A DNA stretch of 63,314 nt, counting the filler. It is 3 parts of 3 records of this genome, joined end to end, with 100 filler letters (N's around TTAATTAATTAA, not from the genome) between each part and the next. Parts side by side here need not be neighbours in the genome. Positions count along the whole stretch, not along the records: positions 16,318 to 48,184 come from SRR31156797_1407; 2 more parts are not named here. The stretch is one strand, 5' to 3'. The translations under genes were made by a program, and so were the position numbers. This document shows, piece by piece, positions 18,836-28,947 of the stretch; positions within the stretch are counted from its first letter, which is position 1; the number at the start of each line of letters is the position of its first letter. The notes beneath the pieces are model-generated. The model was not told where the DNA came from. It searched no databases and was given only the letters and a program-made list of their open reading frames with translations.

Positions 18836-19636
18836 TTAATCTTGTTGGTTATTTTCAATGCAGGGTAATCTAGTCTTATAATACTCCTTTGGTGAGCATC
18901 CAAACTTAATCTTGAATTGCTTTGAAAAATGGTATGGATTATCATAGCCTACTCTCCGACCAATTTCATTTATTTTATAAGAACCATTCTTAATTAAGTG
19001 TTTCGCAAGAGCCATCCTTTCGTTATTCAGGTCTTCTTTTGGGCTGATATTAAATATAGATTTATATATATGTGTGTATCTTGAACGACTAAGATTTGTT
19101 AATTTTGCCATTTCGTCAATAGTCCATGGGTAATCCAGCCTAGAAAGAATAATGGATCTGGATTTTCTAAAATTTTGCTCAGCACTTTTATGATTATCTA
19201 TTGCGCATATATTACGGGATACTTGAATCATAAGCTGCTTTATCAGCAAATCTATCATTAAATCTGTATTTTTATCTTTCATTAAATATTCATTCTCAAT
19301 TTCAAAAATCAATTGTCTAATAAAATTAAAATTATCTATTTGAAAGGGTTGATTTGTTTTTATACTTATTTCATCGCAAAATTTAAAATCGGGCTCTGCA
19401 GAAAAATGAATCCAATCGTTTGTAAATCCGTCAAGTGGGTTTCTATACAATTGAGGCTCGTATGGTGTATACAAAATTCCTGTTCCCGGGGGATACACTG
19501 CTGTCCTGCCCTTTATTGTGATATGAATATCTGATGAAAAAAGAAGGAATAAATAATCACGAGAACCGTTTGGCCGGTCGATAGTAAATGATTTGGATTC
19601 GACGTAGTTGCATCCTACATAATCAATGTTAAGCAT
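18836..19636 (-). CDS. AraC-family transcriptional regulator
   Basis: Cupin-like N-domain and C-terminal HTH (GYDNPYHFSKQFK..GCSP); GGAG RBS before ATG 19636; divergent from the GH51 gene. Confidence 0.9.
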   Translation of the reverse strand: MLNIDYVGCNYVESKSFTIDRPNGSRDYLFLLFSSDIHITIKGRTAVYPPGTGILYTPYEPQLYRNPLDGFTNDWIHFSAEPDFKFCDEISIKTNQPFQIDNFNFIRQLIFEIENEYLMKDKNTDLMIDLLIKQLMIQVSRNICAIDNHKSAEQNFRKSRSIILSRLDYPWTIDEMAKLTNLSRSRYTHIYKSIFNISPKEDLNNERMALAKHLIKNGSYKINEIGRRVGYDNPYHFSKQFKIKFGCSPKEYYKTRLPCIENNQQD

Positions 19637-19806
19637 AATACTCCAGTACAAAATGATAAATTTACAGCACATATATATATTGAGATTGATATTAAGAATA
19701 TATATAATAGTATAATATTAAAAGGAATATGTCTAGTATATAAATCATATTTAAAAAATACGATTAGGTTAAAAAGACAACGAATATTTAAAACCAACAG
19801 GAGGCA

Positions 19807-21285
19807 ATGATGAAGTATATCATAGATACAACAAAGAAAAAAGCAGTTATCAGCAAAAATATTTACGGGCATTTCTCAGAGCACTTAGGAAGATGCATCT
19901 ATGAAGGAATTTTTGTAGGAGAAGACTCTCCTATCCCTAATACAGATGGGATGAGAAACGATATTCTTGAAGTTTTAAGAGCGATGAAACTACCTGTTCT
20001 AAGGTGGCCCGGCGGATGTTTTGCAGATGAATATCATTGGAAAGATGGAATTGGACCTAAAGAAAAGCGTAAAAAAATGATTAATACTCACTGGGGTGGT
20101 GTTATTGAAGACAATAGCTTTGGAACACATGAGTTTCTTCGATTTTGTGAACTAGTAGGATGCGAACCATTTATAAGCGGAAATGTCGGCAGCGGTACAG
20201 TACAGGAAATGTCCGAATGGGTTGAGTACATGTCTTTTGGCGGTTTATCACCAATGGCTAAGTTAAGAGAAGAAAATGGCAGAAAAGAGCCGTGGAAGGT
20301 CAAATATTTTGGTATTGGTAATGAAAACTGGGGCTGCGGTGGAAACATGACAGCGGAATATTATGCTGATATATATCGTAATTTTTCAACATTTGTAAGA
20401 AATTATGGGAATAACAAAGTATTCAAAATTGCCTGCGGACCCAATTCAGATGACTATCATTGGTCTAAGACATTGATGGAGAAAGCGGGGAATTGCATAG
20501 ATGGTTTGTCTCTACACTATTACACTGTTGCAGGTGATAATTGGAAAGATAAAGGAAGTGCAACTGGCTTTTCTGACGATGAGTATTATAAAACTATGAA
20601 AAAGACTCTACATATGAAGAAGCTGATAACGATGCATTCAGCTATTATGGATATCTATGACCCTGATAAAAAAGTTGCATTAATAATCGATGAATGGGGG
20701 ACATGGCATGCTGTAGAAGAAGGTACAAACCCCGGATTTTTATATCAGCAGAATACAATGAGAGATGCTCTGGTTGCAGGAATAAATCTGAATTTATTTA
20801 ACAAACATGCTGAAAGAGTTAAAATGGCTAACATTGCACAGTTAGTGAATGTATTACAGTCAATTATACTAACAGAGGGCAGTGAGATGATACTGACTCC
20901 AACATATCATGTGTTTGAAATGTATTCAGATCATCAAGAAAATGAATTAGTTGACAGTCACATTTTGTCAGGAGTAACAGGAACAAAGGATAATCAAGTA
21001 CCTGATATTATCGAATCAGCTTCAATAGATATAGACGGGCATTTAGTAATGACTTTATGTAACCTTGATCTGAAAAATTCAAAGGATATTGATGTTTGTA
21101 TTCCCAGCTTTCATGTTAAATCAGCATTCGGAGAGATACTGACTGGAGATAAAAATGATCATAATACTTTCTCGGATCCAGAATTAGTGAAAAAGAAAAA
21201 GATTAAAAAAATATCATTTACAGAAGAGGGTATTTTATTTACAATACCTCCATGTTCAGTTGCAAAGGTAGTAGTAAGTGGCTGA
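19807..21285 (+). CDS. abfA: Alpha-L-arabinofuranosidase (GH51)
   Basis: [33 protein letters not shown] and [12 protein letters not shown] motifs. Confidence 0.93.
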   Translation: MMKYIIDTTKKKAVISKNIYGHFSEHLGRCIYEGIFVGEDSPIPNTDGMRNDILEVLRAMKLPVLRWPGGCFADEYHWKDGIGPKEKRKKMINTHWGGVIEDNSFGTHEFLRFCELVGCEPFISGNVGSGTVQEMSEWVEYMSFGGLSPMAKLREENGRKEPWKVKYFGIGNENWGCGGNMTAEYYADIYRNFSTFVRNYGNNKVFKIACGPNSDDYHWSKTLMEKAGNCIDGLSLHYYTVAGDNWKDKGSATGFSDDEYYKTMKKTLHMKKLITMHSAIMDIYDPDKKVALIIDEWGTWHAVEEGTNPGFLYQQNTMRDALVAGINLNLFNKHAERVKMANIAQLVNVLQSIILTEGSEMILTPTYHVFEMYSDHQENELVDSHILSGVTGTKDNQVPDIIESASIDIDGHLVMTLCNLDLKNSKDIDVCIPSFHVKSAFGEILTGDKNDHNTFSDPELVKKKKIKKISFTEEGILFTIPPCSVAKVVVSG

Positions 21286-21589
21286 GATTAAATGCAGAAA
21301 ATGTTCTTAAGTAATAGAAGGAGCGAACCTTCTCAACCATATCAAGAAATTTATCAGCAATATTGAATCCCATAACAGAACTAGTGAAGAAGCATACCAA
21401 TATCGCTTAGGCATATGTGATACGTGTAATAAATTAGTTAATGGTATGTGTTCTTACTGTGGATGTTATGTGCTTCTAAGAGCAGCAAAAAAGCATATAA
21501 AATGCCCTGAACCAAAAGGAAATAAGTGGGAATTGGAGAACGAAACAAACCAAGTAAGTAATAAGCTTAACGGAATCGATTTTAGCTAA
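21278..21589 (+). pseudogene. Cys-rich DUF6171-like small protein with an in-frame TAA at codon 11
   Basis: [14 protein letters not shown]...YQYRLGICDTCNKLVNGMCSYCGCYVLLRAAKKHIKCPEPKGNKW; GTG start overlaps the abfA stop; absent from the ORF track. Confidence 0.7.
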
Positions 21590-21599
21590 AAGTACAATA

Positions 21600-21633
21600 A
21601 AGCTCTACAAGACGTTAACACATTGTAGAGCTT
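21600..21633. terminator. Hairpin between the abfA operon and asnS
   Basis: AAGCTCTACAA / TTGTAGAGCTT inverted repeat. Confidence 0.6.
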
Positions 21634-21647
21634 GAATATTTCTATTG

Positions 21648-21729
21648 GGGACTGTAAATAATTTTGTGTTTCAAAGCAGCACCTAACACAATATTATAAC
21701 ACTGCACAAAACCAATTAATCTACAGTTT
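21648..21729. mobile_element. Possible IS256-like end remnant or MITE
   Basis: GGGACTGTAAATAATTTTGTG, with an imperfect inverted partner CACAAAACCAATTAATCTACAGT; no transposase. Confidence 0.3.
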
Positions 21730-23122
21730 AAAAATCAGCATTATGAACTGTTCTAGGGTATGCAATTACATCACGAATATTGCTCATACCTGTTAAATAC
21801 ATTACAGCTCTTTCAAATCCTAATCCAAATCCAGCATGTCGTGCTGTACCATATTTACGTAAGTCCATGTACCACCAATATGGCGCTTCTTCCAAACTCA
21901 TTTCCTCCATACGCTTAGTGAGAACATCCAGCCTTTCCTCTCTTTGAGAACCACCGATAATCTCCCCTACTCCGGGAACCAATAAGTCAACAGCCGCAAC
22001 TGTCTTTCCATCATCATTAAGTCTCATGTAAAATGCCTTGATGCCTTTTGGATAATCAGTAACAAAAACAGGACATTTATATACCTGCTCTGTAATATAT
22101 CTCTCGTGTTCTGTCTGCAAATCGCTGCCCCACTTAACAGGATACTTGAAATCAGTATCTGCCTCCTGCAGGATTTCAATTGCCTTTGTATATGTAATCC
22201 TAACAAAATCAGACTCAACTACATTCTTTAATCTGGCAAGCAGCCCCTTATCAATAAATTTATCAAAGAAATTCATTTCATCTGGTGCGTACTCCAAGAC
22301 ATAGGTTATGAGATATTTCATCATTTCCTCTGCCAAATTCATATCATCCTCTAAATCAGCAAAAGCTATTTCCGGCTCTATCATCCAGAATTCTGCTGCA
22401 TGACGCTGCGTATTAGAATTCTCTGCTCTAAATGTTGGTCCAAAGGTATAAACATCACCAAATGCCATAGCAAAGGACTCCACATTCAGCTGTCCGCTTA
22501 CTGTTAGATTGGTTTCCTTGCCAAAAAAGTCCTTTGAATAGTCTATTTTCCCATCTTCCATTGGAGGATTCTCCATATCCAGAGTTGTTACTCTAAACAT
22601 CTCTCCTGCTCCCTCTGCATCTGATGCAGTTACTATTGGAGTATGCACATATACAAATCCCTTGTTCTGAAAGAACTCATGTATTGCCTGTGCAGTAAGA
22701 GAACGAACTCTAAAAACAGCATTATATGTGTTTGTTCTTGGGCGAAGATGAGCTATTGTGCGAAGGTACTCGAAAGTATGACGCTTCTTCTGTAATGGAT
22801 ATGAATTGTCGCTAGCCCCCTCAATATGTACATTTCTGCCCTTTATTTCAAACGGCTGCTTTGCATTGGGCGTTACTTCCAAGATTCCTGTTACTATTAC
22901 AGCAGAACCAACACCCAGCTTCGTAACTTCATCATAATTATCCACATAATCCTGCTCTAGAACCACCTGCACTCCATCAAATACAGAACCATCACTAATT
23001 ACCATAAATGAGAAATTCTTAGACTGGCGAAAATTCTTTATCCAGCCTGCTACTACTACTTCCTGTCCATTTAGATCATTATGAGAGGCTTTAACATCTC
23101 TTAATTTTCTAATATTTAACAT
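21728..23122 (-). CDS. asnS: Asparagine--tRNA ligase
   Basis: [32 protein letters not shown] and GFGLGFER motifs. Confidence 0.97.
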   Translation of the reverse strand: MLNIRKLRDVKASHNDLNGQEVVVAGWIKNFRQSKNFSFMVISDGSVFDGVQVVLEQDYVDNYDEVTKLGVGSAVIVTGILEVTPNAKQPFEIKGRNVHIEGASDNSYPLQKKRHTFEYLRTIAHLRPRTNTYNAVFRVRSLTAQAIHEFFQNKGFVYVHTPIVTASDAEGAGEMFRVTTLDMENPPMEDGKIDYSKDFFGKETNLTVSGQLNVESFAMAFGDVYTFGPTFRAENSNTQRHAAEFWMIEPEIAFADLEDDMNLAEEMMKYLITYVLEYAPDEMNFFDKFIDKGLLARLKNVVESDFVRITYTKAIEILQEADTDFKYPVKWGSDLQTEHERYITEQVYKCPVFVTDYPKGIKAFYMRLNDDGKTVAAVDLLVPGVGEIIGGSQREERLDVLTKRMEEMSLEEAPYWWYMDLRKYGTARHAGFGLGFERAVMYLTGMSNIRDVIAYPRTVHNADF

Positions 23123-23197
23123 AAATTCACCTCATATAAATCATAAAAAATATATATACATTATTATAGCACATTTAATGAAAGTAGGTAATACAAT

Positions 23198-24169
23198 ATG
23201 TCACATATTTCCGCAATAGTCTGTACTTCAAATATAAATGGCTTTGTCTTTGTTAATGGCTTCTGCCAAGGTCCATGCAAAAGTGATGCTCCCATCAGTG
23301 TACCGTGGGACGGCAACACTCCGCTTTTTATTAGCTTTACCCCAGAAGGCGGTAATTATTTAAATACATCTCTGGCATTTACTAATATGTCTACTCTGCC
23401 AGTCTGCGATAATGTGGAGCTTACCCTATGGACTGGCGTGGTAGAAGTCTATTTTAAGCCAAAAAAGAGCGTCATTTATCCGCCTCCATTGTTGCCTGAG
23501 GAACTATTAAAGGAAAGCTTTACAGTTGGTAATACCAATTATTCACTGTCTCTTATTGATTACTGCGGTATATGGATGATTATTGAAAACAGAGATAATA
23601 CCTCGCTTTGTGAGTATTTATCCGATAGGAAATCTAACCATCATTTAGATATAATCAGCACATCTCCATTACTTATACATATTCGGCTAGCTGATATACA
23701 CTATGCAGTAACAGATGATGGTGAAAAACTAAAGCTCCACAGGATTGAGCAAAGCTCCTGTACAATCGACAAAGGTCAAGTCTCATTTATATCATCTAAT
23801 CCTTTAGCACCTGTGAATATGGATTTCATAGCTGATGATAATACTGTCACTATTAAAAAATATCTAGGCACAACAAATGATAAAACTCCGAAGCAGACTG
23901 CAATTAACTTTTTGTCAAATATTATTGCAGGTGATATTGATAATGCATATTCTCATCTTTCTGTTACTCTGCAGAGGTCATTTACGAAGGGACAAATAGC
24001 AGATTTTATTGGAGATATCCATACAATTGTCGATAACAAATATTTTTCACAGGCATATGAAAATTCCCTTGCTGTGCTGACAAAGCAATCAGATAATGTA
24101 AATATCGCCAACGCCTATGCATTTGAGATAGATAGTATGAATAAGATTAATAATATTACTCCTTTATAA
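23198..24169 (+). CDS. Hypothetical protein, possible NTF2-like C-terminal domain
   Basis: 323-aa ORF; TPKQTAINFLSNIIAGDIDNAYSHLS helix pattern. Confidence 0.6.
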   Translation: MSHISAIVCTSNINGFVFVNGFCQGPCKSDAPISVPWDGNTPLFISFTPEGGNYLNTSLAFTNMSTLPVCDNVELTLWTGVVEVYFKPKKSVIYPPPLLPEELLKESFTVGNTNYSLSLIDYCGIWMIIENRDNTSLCEYLSDRKSNHHLDIISTSPLLIHIRLADIHYAVTDDGEKLKLHRIEQSSCTIDKGQVSFISSNPLAPVNMDFIADDNTVTIKKYLGTTNDKTPKQTAINFLSNIIAGDIDNAYSHLSVTLQRSFTKGQIADFIGDIHTIVDNKYFSQAYENSLAVLTKQSDNVNIANAYAFEIDSMNKINNITPL

Positions 24170-24198
24170 TTGACATTGCCCCATCAAAATATTATAAT
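24170..24198 (+). promoter_or_regulatory. Consensus sigmaA promoter
   Basis: TTGACA-17 nt-TATAAT, 25 nt before the GNAT start. Confidence 0.8.
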
Positions 24199-24223
24199 CA
24201 TCAAAATATAATCTAAGGGGTTA

Positions 24224-25027
24224 ATGATGGTGCAGATAAATAAGCTGGATAATTCTAACTATATACCAACTATGGATGTGCTAAAAAAAGAGCCAAACTA
24301 TAATCTTTTCTTCATTGGAGACATCGAGGTGTATGGATGTGAGGGGGAGAAAGTTGAGGCTTGGAATCAGATAGATGACGGCGAGATAGTTGGTGTGCTG
24401 CTAAGGTACAACACCTCTATTATGGTGTACTACATAGATGAAAACCAGAATAAAGAACCATTTGCAAAATTAATAATGGAAATGGAACATCCTGTAGAGA
24501 TTGTAAGCGGCAAACCGGAATACGTCCTATGGTTTAGGAAGCTTTTTCCCAAATCTATTGTTAAGGATTTCTTCTTCTGTGAGTTAACGAAAAAGATCAA
24601 TATAGATAAATATGATTTTAGCAAAGTGCAATTAGCTTATCCAGAGGATGCTAAAAGAATATGTGACCTACGAAATACAATAAAAGAATTCAGCGTACAA
24701 GCAGAGCCTTCAAATATCGCTGATGCAATCGAGAAAAAATTCTCCAGATACTACATTATTACTGATAGAGATAAGATAATATCAACTGCTGCAACTACAG
24801 CAGAAAACAGCGTATCAGCTATGATAGTCAGTGCGTGTACAGACATTAATCATAGAAGAAAAGGTTATATGAGTACTTGTCTTGCAAAGCTGTGCTATGA
24901 AGTGCAGAACGAGGGCAAGTCCCTATGCCTATTTTATGATAATCCTGATGCAGGGAGGATATACCACAGCTTAGGTTTCGAGACTATTGGTAAGTGGGGA
25001 ATGATACAGACGAATAGCAATAAGTAA
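24224..25027 (+). CDS. GNAT N-acetyltransferase
   Basis: HRRKGYMS motif A; LFYDNPDAGRIYHSLGF. Confidence 0.85.
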   Translation: MMVQINKLDNSNYIPTMDVLKKEPNYNLFFIGDIEVYGCEGEKVEAWNQIDDGEIVGVLLRYNTSIMVYYIDENQNKEPFAKLIMEMEHPVEIVSGKPEYVLWFRKLFPKSIVKDFFFCELTKKINIDKYDFSKVQLAYPEDAKRICDLRNTIKEFSVQAEPSNIADAIEKKFSRYYIITDRDKIISTAATTAENSVSAMIVSACTDINHRRKGYMSTCLAKLCYEVQNEGKSLCLFYDNPDAGRIYHSLGFETIGKWGMIQTNSNK

Positions 25028-25133
25028 ATTACAGCAAAGCCCATCATGATGATTAGCAGTACCCTTCGTATACACAGGTGCAATTTCATAATCTGCTTTA
25101 ATGATAAAATACCTGTAATGAGTTATATGTATT

Positions 25134-26063
25134 TTACTCTAAACATGCTAATACTTTAGCAATTCCCTCTATATGTGACCCATCAGTTCCACAGCACCCG
25201 CCTGCGATTTTGACATCAATTATATCCTTTAATTTAGCGATATCATTGGCAAGAGATACACCATCAAATGTAATCAATTCACATGAGCCATCAAGCTCCT
25301 CAGGTGACAAGGCAGAAGTATTTGCTTGGATACCCTTGAATCTAGCTTTTACAATTGCAGTTTTATTGAATGGTTTCTCCAATGCTTTGTATAGTACTGT
25401 AGGATGGATACAGTTGGTCATATAGCAGACAGGCTTTCTATTTGTGCGTTTATCAATTGTTTCAATAGCCTCTGATATGCTTATACCATCTATTAATCTG
25501 CCATCTTTTTTTAGCATAAAACTAATTATATATGGTAAGTCTGTTTCCTCTATAGCCTTTGCCATTCCAATTATCTCAGATAGAGCAGGCATAATAGCCG
25601 CAAATAAGAAATCTACTCTGGCAGTATTGAAGTGATTTACCGACCATGAATGAAATCTATATGAATCTTCTATACTAAGTACTTCAGTTCCTAAGTATGC
25701 ATCACCTTTGCAGCCAATTAACCCTCCAACAAAGAAATCCTTTTCCGAAAGAGTTCTAATTTCTTTAAGGTAATTCACATTATCATAAATTATCTTTTCA
25801 TCAAAATTTGATTTCTCTATTCTTTCAATATTAACTCGCCTAGTAGGTGTAGTAGCCATAAATGGGAGATTATATTTCTGAGCTATTAAAATATAATCAG
25901 ACCATATATTTTTTAGAGCCTCTTTACCTGAATTGCTATATAAGATAGGTGCTAAATCAAGTTGTTGGTGTAATTTAATATTATATTCTCTTTTTAGCCT
26001 TTCTCCCAGTGCGCCTTCCATTAGTATAGGTGAATTACCTGCAAAACAATCAACAAATTGCAT
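25134..26063 (-). CDS. Homocysteine S-methyltransferase family protein
   Basis: EGALGERL N-terminus; NCIHP and GGCCGT Zn ligands. Confidence 0.85.
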   Translation of the reverse strand: MQFVDCFAGNSPILMEGALGERLKREYNIKLHQQLDLAPILYSNSGKEALKNIWSDYILIAQKYNLPFMATTPTRRVNIERIEKSNFDEKIIYDNVNYLKEIRTLSEKDFFVGGLIGCKGDAYLGTEVLSIEDSYRFHSWSVNHFNTARVDFLFAAIMPALSEIIGMAKAIEETDLPYIISFMLKKDGRLIDGISISEAIETIDKRTNRKPVCYMTNCIHPTVLYKALEKPFNKTAIVKARFKGIQANTSALSPEELDGSCELITFDGVSLANDIAKLKDIIDVKIAGGCCGTDGSHIEGIAKVLACLE

Positions 26064-26192
26064 TTATGTACCTCGTTAGAATTTAATTATTACAATATAA
26101 CATAATTTATATATATTTGTACGCTTTATCTTAAACCACAGTTGCAAGTACCGAAGTTGCTCAGCTATTTCATCTCTACCCAATATAGATTA

Positions 26193-26723
26193 TTATATAG
26201 CTTTTTCTCTTCTCCACTGATTAATAAATCTTTTCATTTTGCTTCTGCTCTTAATAATCAAAAAAGGTTTATCATTATACTCTTGATGCAACTTAATTAT
26301 TATAGGTTTTCTTTTCTTCGAAAATTTCCACAATCCCTTGCAGAATCTAAAGAACTCCTTATCAAATCTTTCCTCTATGTAGTCAGGCATATCTGAATTC
26401 TTTTTGCCGTATCTTTTTACTACACCAGTTAAGCATACCAGTCGATTAAAATCAAGAAATATAATCATATCAGCTGCTTTAAATCTCAACTCCATTGTAC
26501 CGGTATGATTACCGTCAATAATCCACTTAGGCTTTGAAGTTAGCTCAATTTGTTTCTTAATCCATTCTTCTTCATTTGGCTTTTCCCAATTAGGAAGCCA
26601 GAACTCAGCATCAAGATGAACAAGCGGCAAACCAGTAATATCGGATAATTCTCTTGCCAAATAACTTTTACCACTGCCATTATTACCGACAACAATAATC
26701 CGATTATATTCAAATATGTTCAA
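26193..26723 (-). CDS. P-loop kinase (topology modulation protein/FlaR-like)
   Basis: GNNGSGKS Walker A, VHLDAEFW and WIIDGN motifs. Confidence 0.8.
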   Translation of the reverse strand: MNIFEYNRIIVVGNNGSGKSYLARELSDITGLPLVHLDAEFWLPNWEKPNEEEWIKKQIELTSKPKWIIDGNHTGTMELRFKAADMIIFLDFNRLVCLTGVVKRYGKKNSDMPDYIEERFDKEFFRFCKGLWKFSKKRKPIIIKLHQEYNDKPFLIIKSRSKMKRFINQWRREKAI

Positions 26724-26873
26724 TGCTGCCCTCCGTAAAAAGAATAGTATCTATTCTCATTATATTGCTTATTATATTAGTTTAACATATATCATTTAAA
26801 TAATTAAGCATTATCCTACAGTAATCAGTGCTAAAGCTCTCAATGTCGGCATGGCTGATATTTCCACAATCAT

Positions 26874-26902
26874 TTGACCCACTGCGTTAAATAGAATATA
26901 AT
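26874..26902 (+). promoter_or_regulatory. sigmaA promoter for tilS-hpt
   Basis: TTGACC-17 nt-TATAAT. Confidence 0.7.
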
Positions 26903-26938
26903 AGTCACTAATATTGATAATGCTTTAGGAGCCAAATA

Positions 26939-28321
26939 ATGATGCCAGATACTATTCTGACAGTTAAAAAATATATAAAGGATAATTCTCTTATTTCAGA
27001 GGGTGATACTGTAGTAATCGGTTTATCAGGTGGTGTCGACTCCATGGTGCTGTGTCATATATTGGACAAAATCAGATATACTATGAGCTTTAAGCTCTTT
27101 GCAGCTCACCTAGACCATAGAATTCGAATGGAATCAGGAGAAGATGCTTTCTTTGTAGCTGCATATTGTGCAAAGCAGAATATCCCATTGTACACTAGTG
27201 TGGTTGATGTAGTTAATGAATCAAAAATCACAAAAACATCCATAGAAGTTGCGGCTAGAAATGTTCGTCACGCCTTTTTTAAAGGTGTTTTGCAGGAACA
27301 TAATAACGCCAAACTGGCACTAGCTCATCACATGAATGATAAGACTGAAACCATACTGATGAGACTTTTCCGTGGCACCTCAATTGACGGTTTAAACCCA
27401 ATGCCCTGCAAAGATAACAGTATTATCCGTCCACTAATGTGCTTAACAAGAGATGAGATAATAGATTTTGCCAAAGAGAATAATATTGAATGGCGAGAAG
27501 ATACTACAAACGCCAGCACAGAATACACCAGAAATTATATACGTCATGATATAGTTCCAAAGATAGAGAAGCTGAATCCCTCCTTTCATCAGACAATGAC
27601 AAACAGTGCAAAAAGTATTGAAAGAGATGTTGATTATCTGAATATAGTTGCTGATAATTATATAAATAAGGCAACAAAAACAACTGACGGCTATATGATG
27701 GATAAAGATGATTTCGCAGATATTCATCCTGCAATAAGAACCAGAGTAATAAAAAAGCTATTCGAAAAATTAGGGAAAACCAACGATTTGTACGAGGTTC
27801 ATATTAACTCTGTTGATAACCTATTTACATCTGGCAGAACAGGTGCAGTAATAGAAATTGATAAATATTTCTCCGCACGCTGTCACCCGATTGGTGTAGA
27901 ATTAATCCGCAATCAGGAGATAATATCCTCCATAAAGACTACAAAAATTGCAATGGACGGCATTACATATCTAAGCAATAATGATGCCATAGAGTGCAGC
28001 ATAGTACCTGTTCCGGATAAGGAGAAACTAAAACATACAAAGAATATCTGCTATATTGACGCTATGGCAGTTGAGGGAAATATGTACATCAGAAGCCGGC
28101 AAGACGGTGATACATTTCATCCATTTGGTTCAACAGGCACTAAGAAGCTGAAAGACTACTTTATTGACAAGAAAATAAGCAGATGGGAACGAGATAATAT
28201 ACCAATTTTGGCAACAGAGACTAATATAGTCTGGGTGGTAGGATATACAATAGAAGATAGATACAGAGTCGATGACGACACCTCATTCTGTATGAAAATC
28301 ACATATATAAAAGGAGAGTAA
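26939..28321 (+). CDS. tilS: tRNA(Ile)-lysidine synthetase
   Basis: SGGVDSM, AHHMNDKTET, IRPL, RNYIRH and TKKLKDYFID motifs. Confidence 0.96.
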   Translation: MMPDTILTVKKYIKDNSLISEGDTVVIGLSGGVDSMVLCHILDKIRYTMSFKLFAAHLDHRIRMESGEDAFFVAAYCAKQNIPLYTSVVDVVNESKITKTSIEVAARNVRHAFFKGVLQEHNNAKLALAHHMNDKTETILMRLFRGTSIDGLNPMPCKDNSIIRPLMCLTRDEIIDFAKENNIEWREDTTNASTEYTRNYIRHDIVPKIEKLNPSFHQTMTNSAKSIERDVDYLNIVADNYINKATKTTDGYMMDKDDFADIHPAIRTRVIKKLFEKLGKTNDLYEVHINSVDNLFTSGRTGAVIEIDKYFSARCHPIGVELIRNQEIISSIKTTKIAMDGITYLSNNDAIECSIVPVPDKEKLKHTKNICYIDAMAVEGNMYIRSRQDGDTFHPFGSTGTKKLKDYFIDKKISRWERDNIPILATETNIVWVVGYTIEDRYRVDDDTSFCMKITYIKGE

Positions 28322-28323
28322 AA

Positions 28324-28878
28324 ATGGATCAAGATATAAAGAAGATAATGATCACAGAAGACGAGATTCACGCTAAGGTCAAGGAACTTGCTGCACAAAT
28401 ATCAGAAGATTACAAGGATAAACATCTGCTTCTAATCTGCATACTAAAGGGAGCCGTAATGTTCTACAGTGACTTGGCAAGATATATCACAGTGCCTATG
28501 GCAATGGACTTTATGGCTGTTTCCAGCTATGGCAGAACCACTACATCATCCGGTGAAGTAAGGATAGTAAAGGATTTATCTGAACCTGCTGAGGGGCTTG
28601 ATATACTAATTGTTGAAGATATATTAGACAGCGGCAATACACTAAATTACTTGGTAAATATTCTAGGAGACAGAAACCCGTCTTCTCTAAAAATCTGTAC
28701 TCTTCTTGATAAGCCAGACAGAAGAACCGCACCAATTGAAGTAGACTACAGAGGATTCGTAATACCTGATGAATTCGTGGTTGGATATGGACTGGACTTT
28801 GCAGAAAAATACCGTAATCTGCCGTATATCGGAGTACTGAAGGAGAGAGTCTATACGGAAGTTACTTACAAAAAGTAG
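28324..28878 (+). CDS. hpt: Hypoxanthine phosphoribosyltransferase
   Basis: LIVEDILDSGNTL and FVVGYGLD..EKYRNLPYIG motifs. Confidence 0.97.
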   Translation: MDQDIKKIMITEDEIHAKVKELAAQISEDYKDKHLLLICILKGAVMFYSDLARYITVPMAMDFMAVSSYGRTTTSSGEVRIVKDLSEPAEGLDILIVEDILDSGNTLNYLVNILGDRNPSSLKICTLLDKPDRRTAPIEVDYRGFVIPDEFVVGYGLDFAEKYRNLPYIGVLKERVYTEVTYKK

Positions 28879-28901
28879 ATAGTAATTCATAGATAAAATA
28901 A

Positions 28902-28928
28902 AGAGCAGTTACAATTTGCAACTGCTCT
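28902..28928. terminator. Bidirectional terminator hpt / PBP1A
   Basis: AGAGCAGTT / AACTGCTCT stem flanked by A- and T-rich tracts. Confidence 0.65.
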
Positions 28929-28947
28929 ATTATTATTCAAAGATTAG

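Noticed and set aside
16420..21310. TAA stop-codon reassignment in contig 2 (two in-frame TAAs)
   Set aside because: TAA terminates many normal genes in the same contig, such as asnS, tilS and gpr.
23123..23197. T-box leader for asnS
   Set aside because: The intergenic region is only 75 nt and has no T-box motif.
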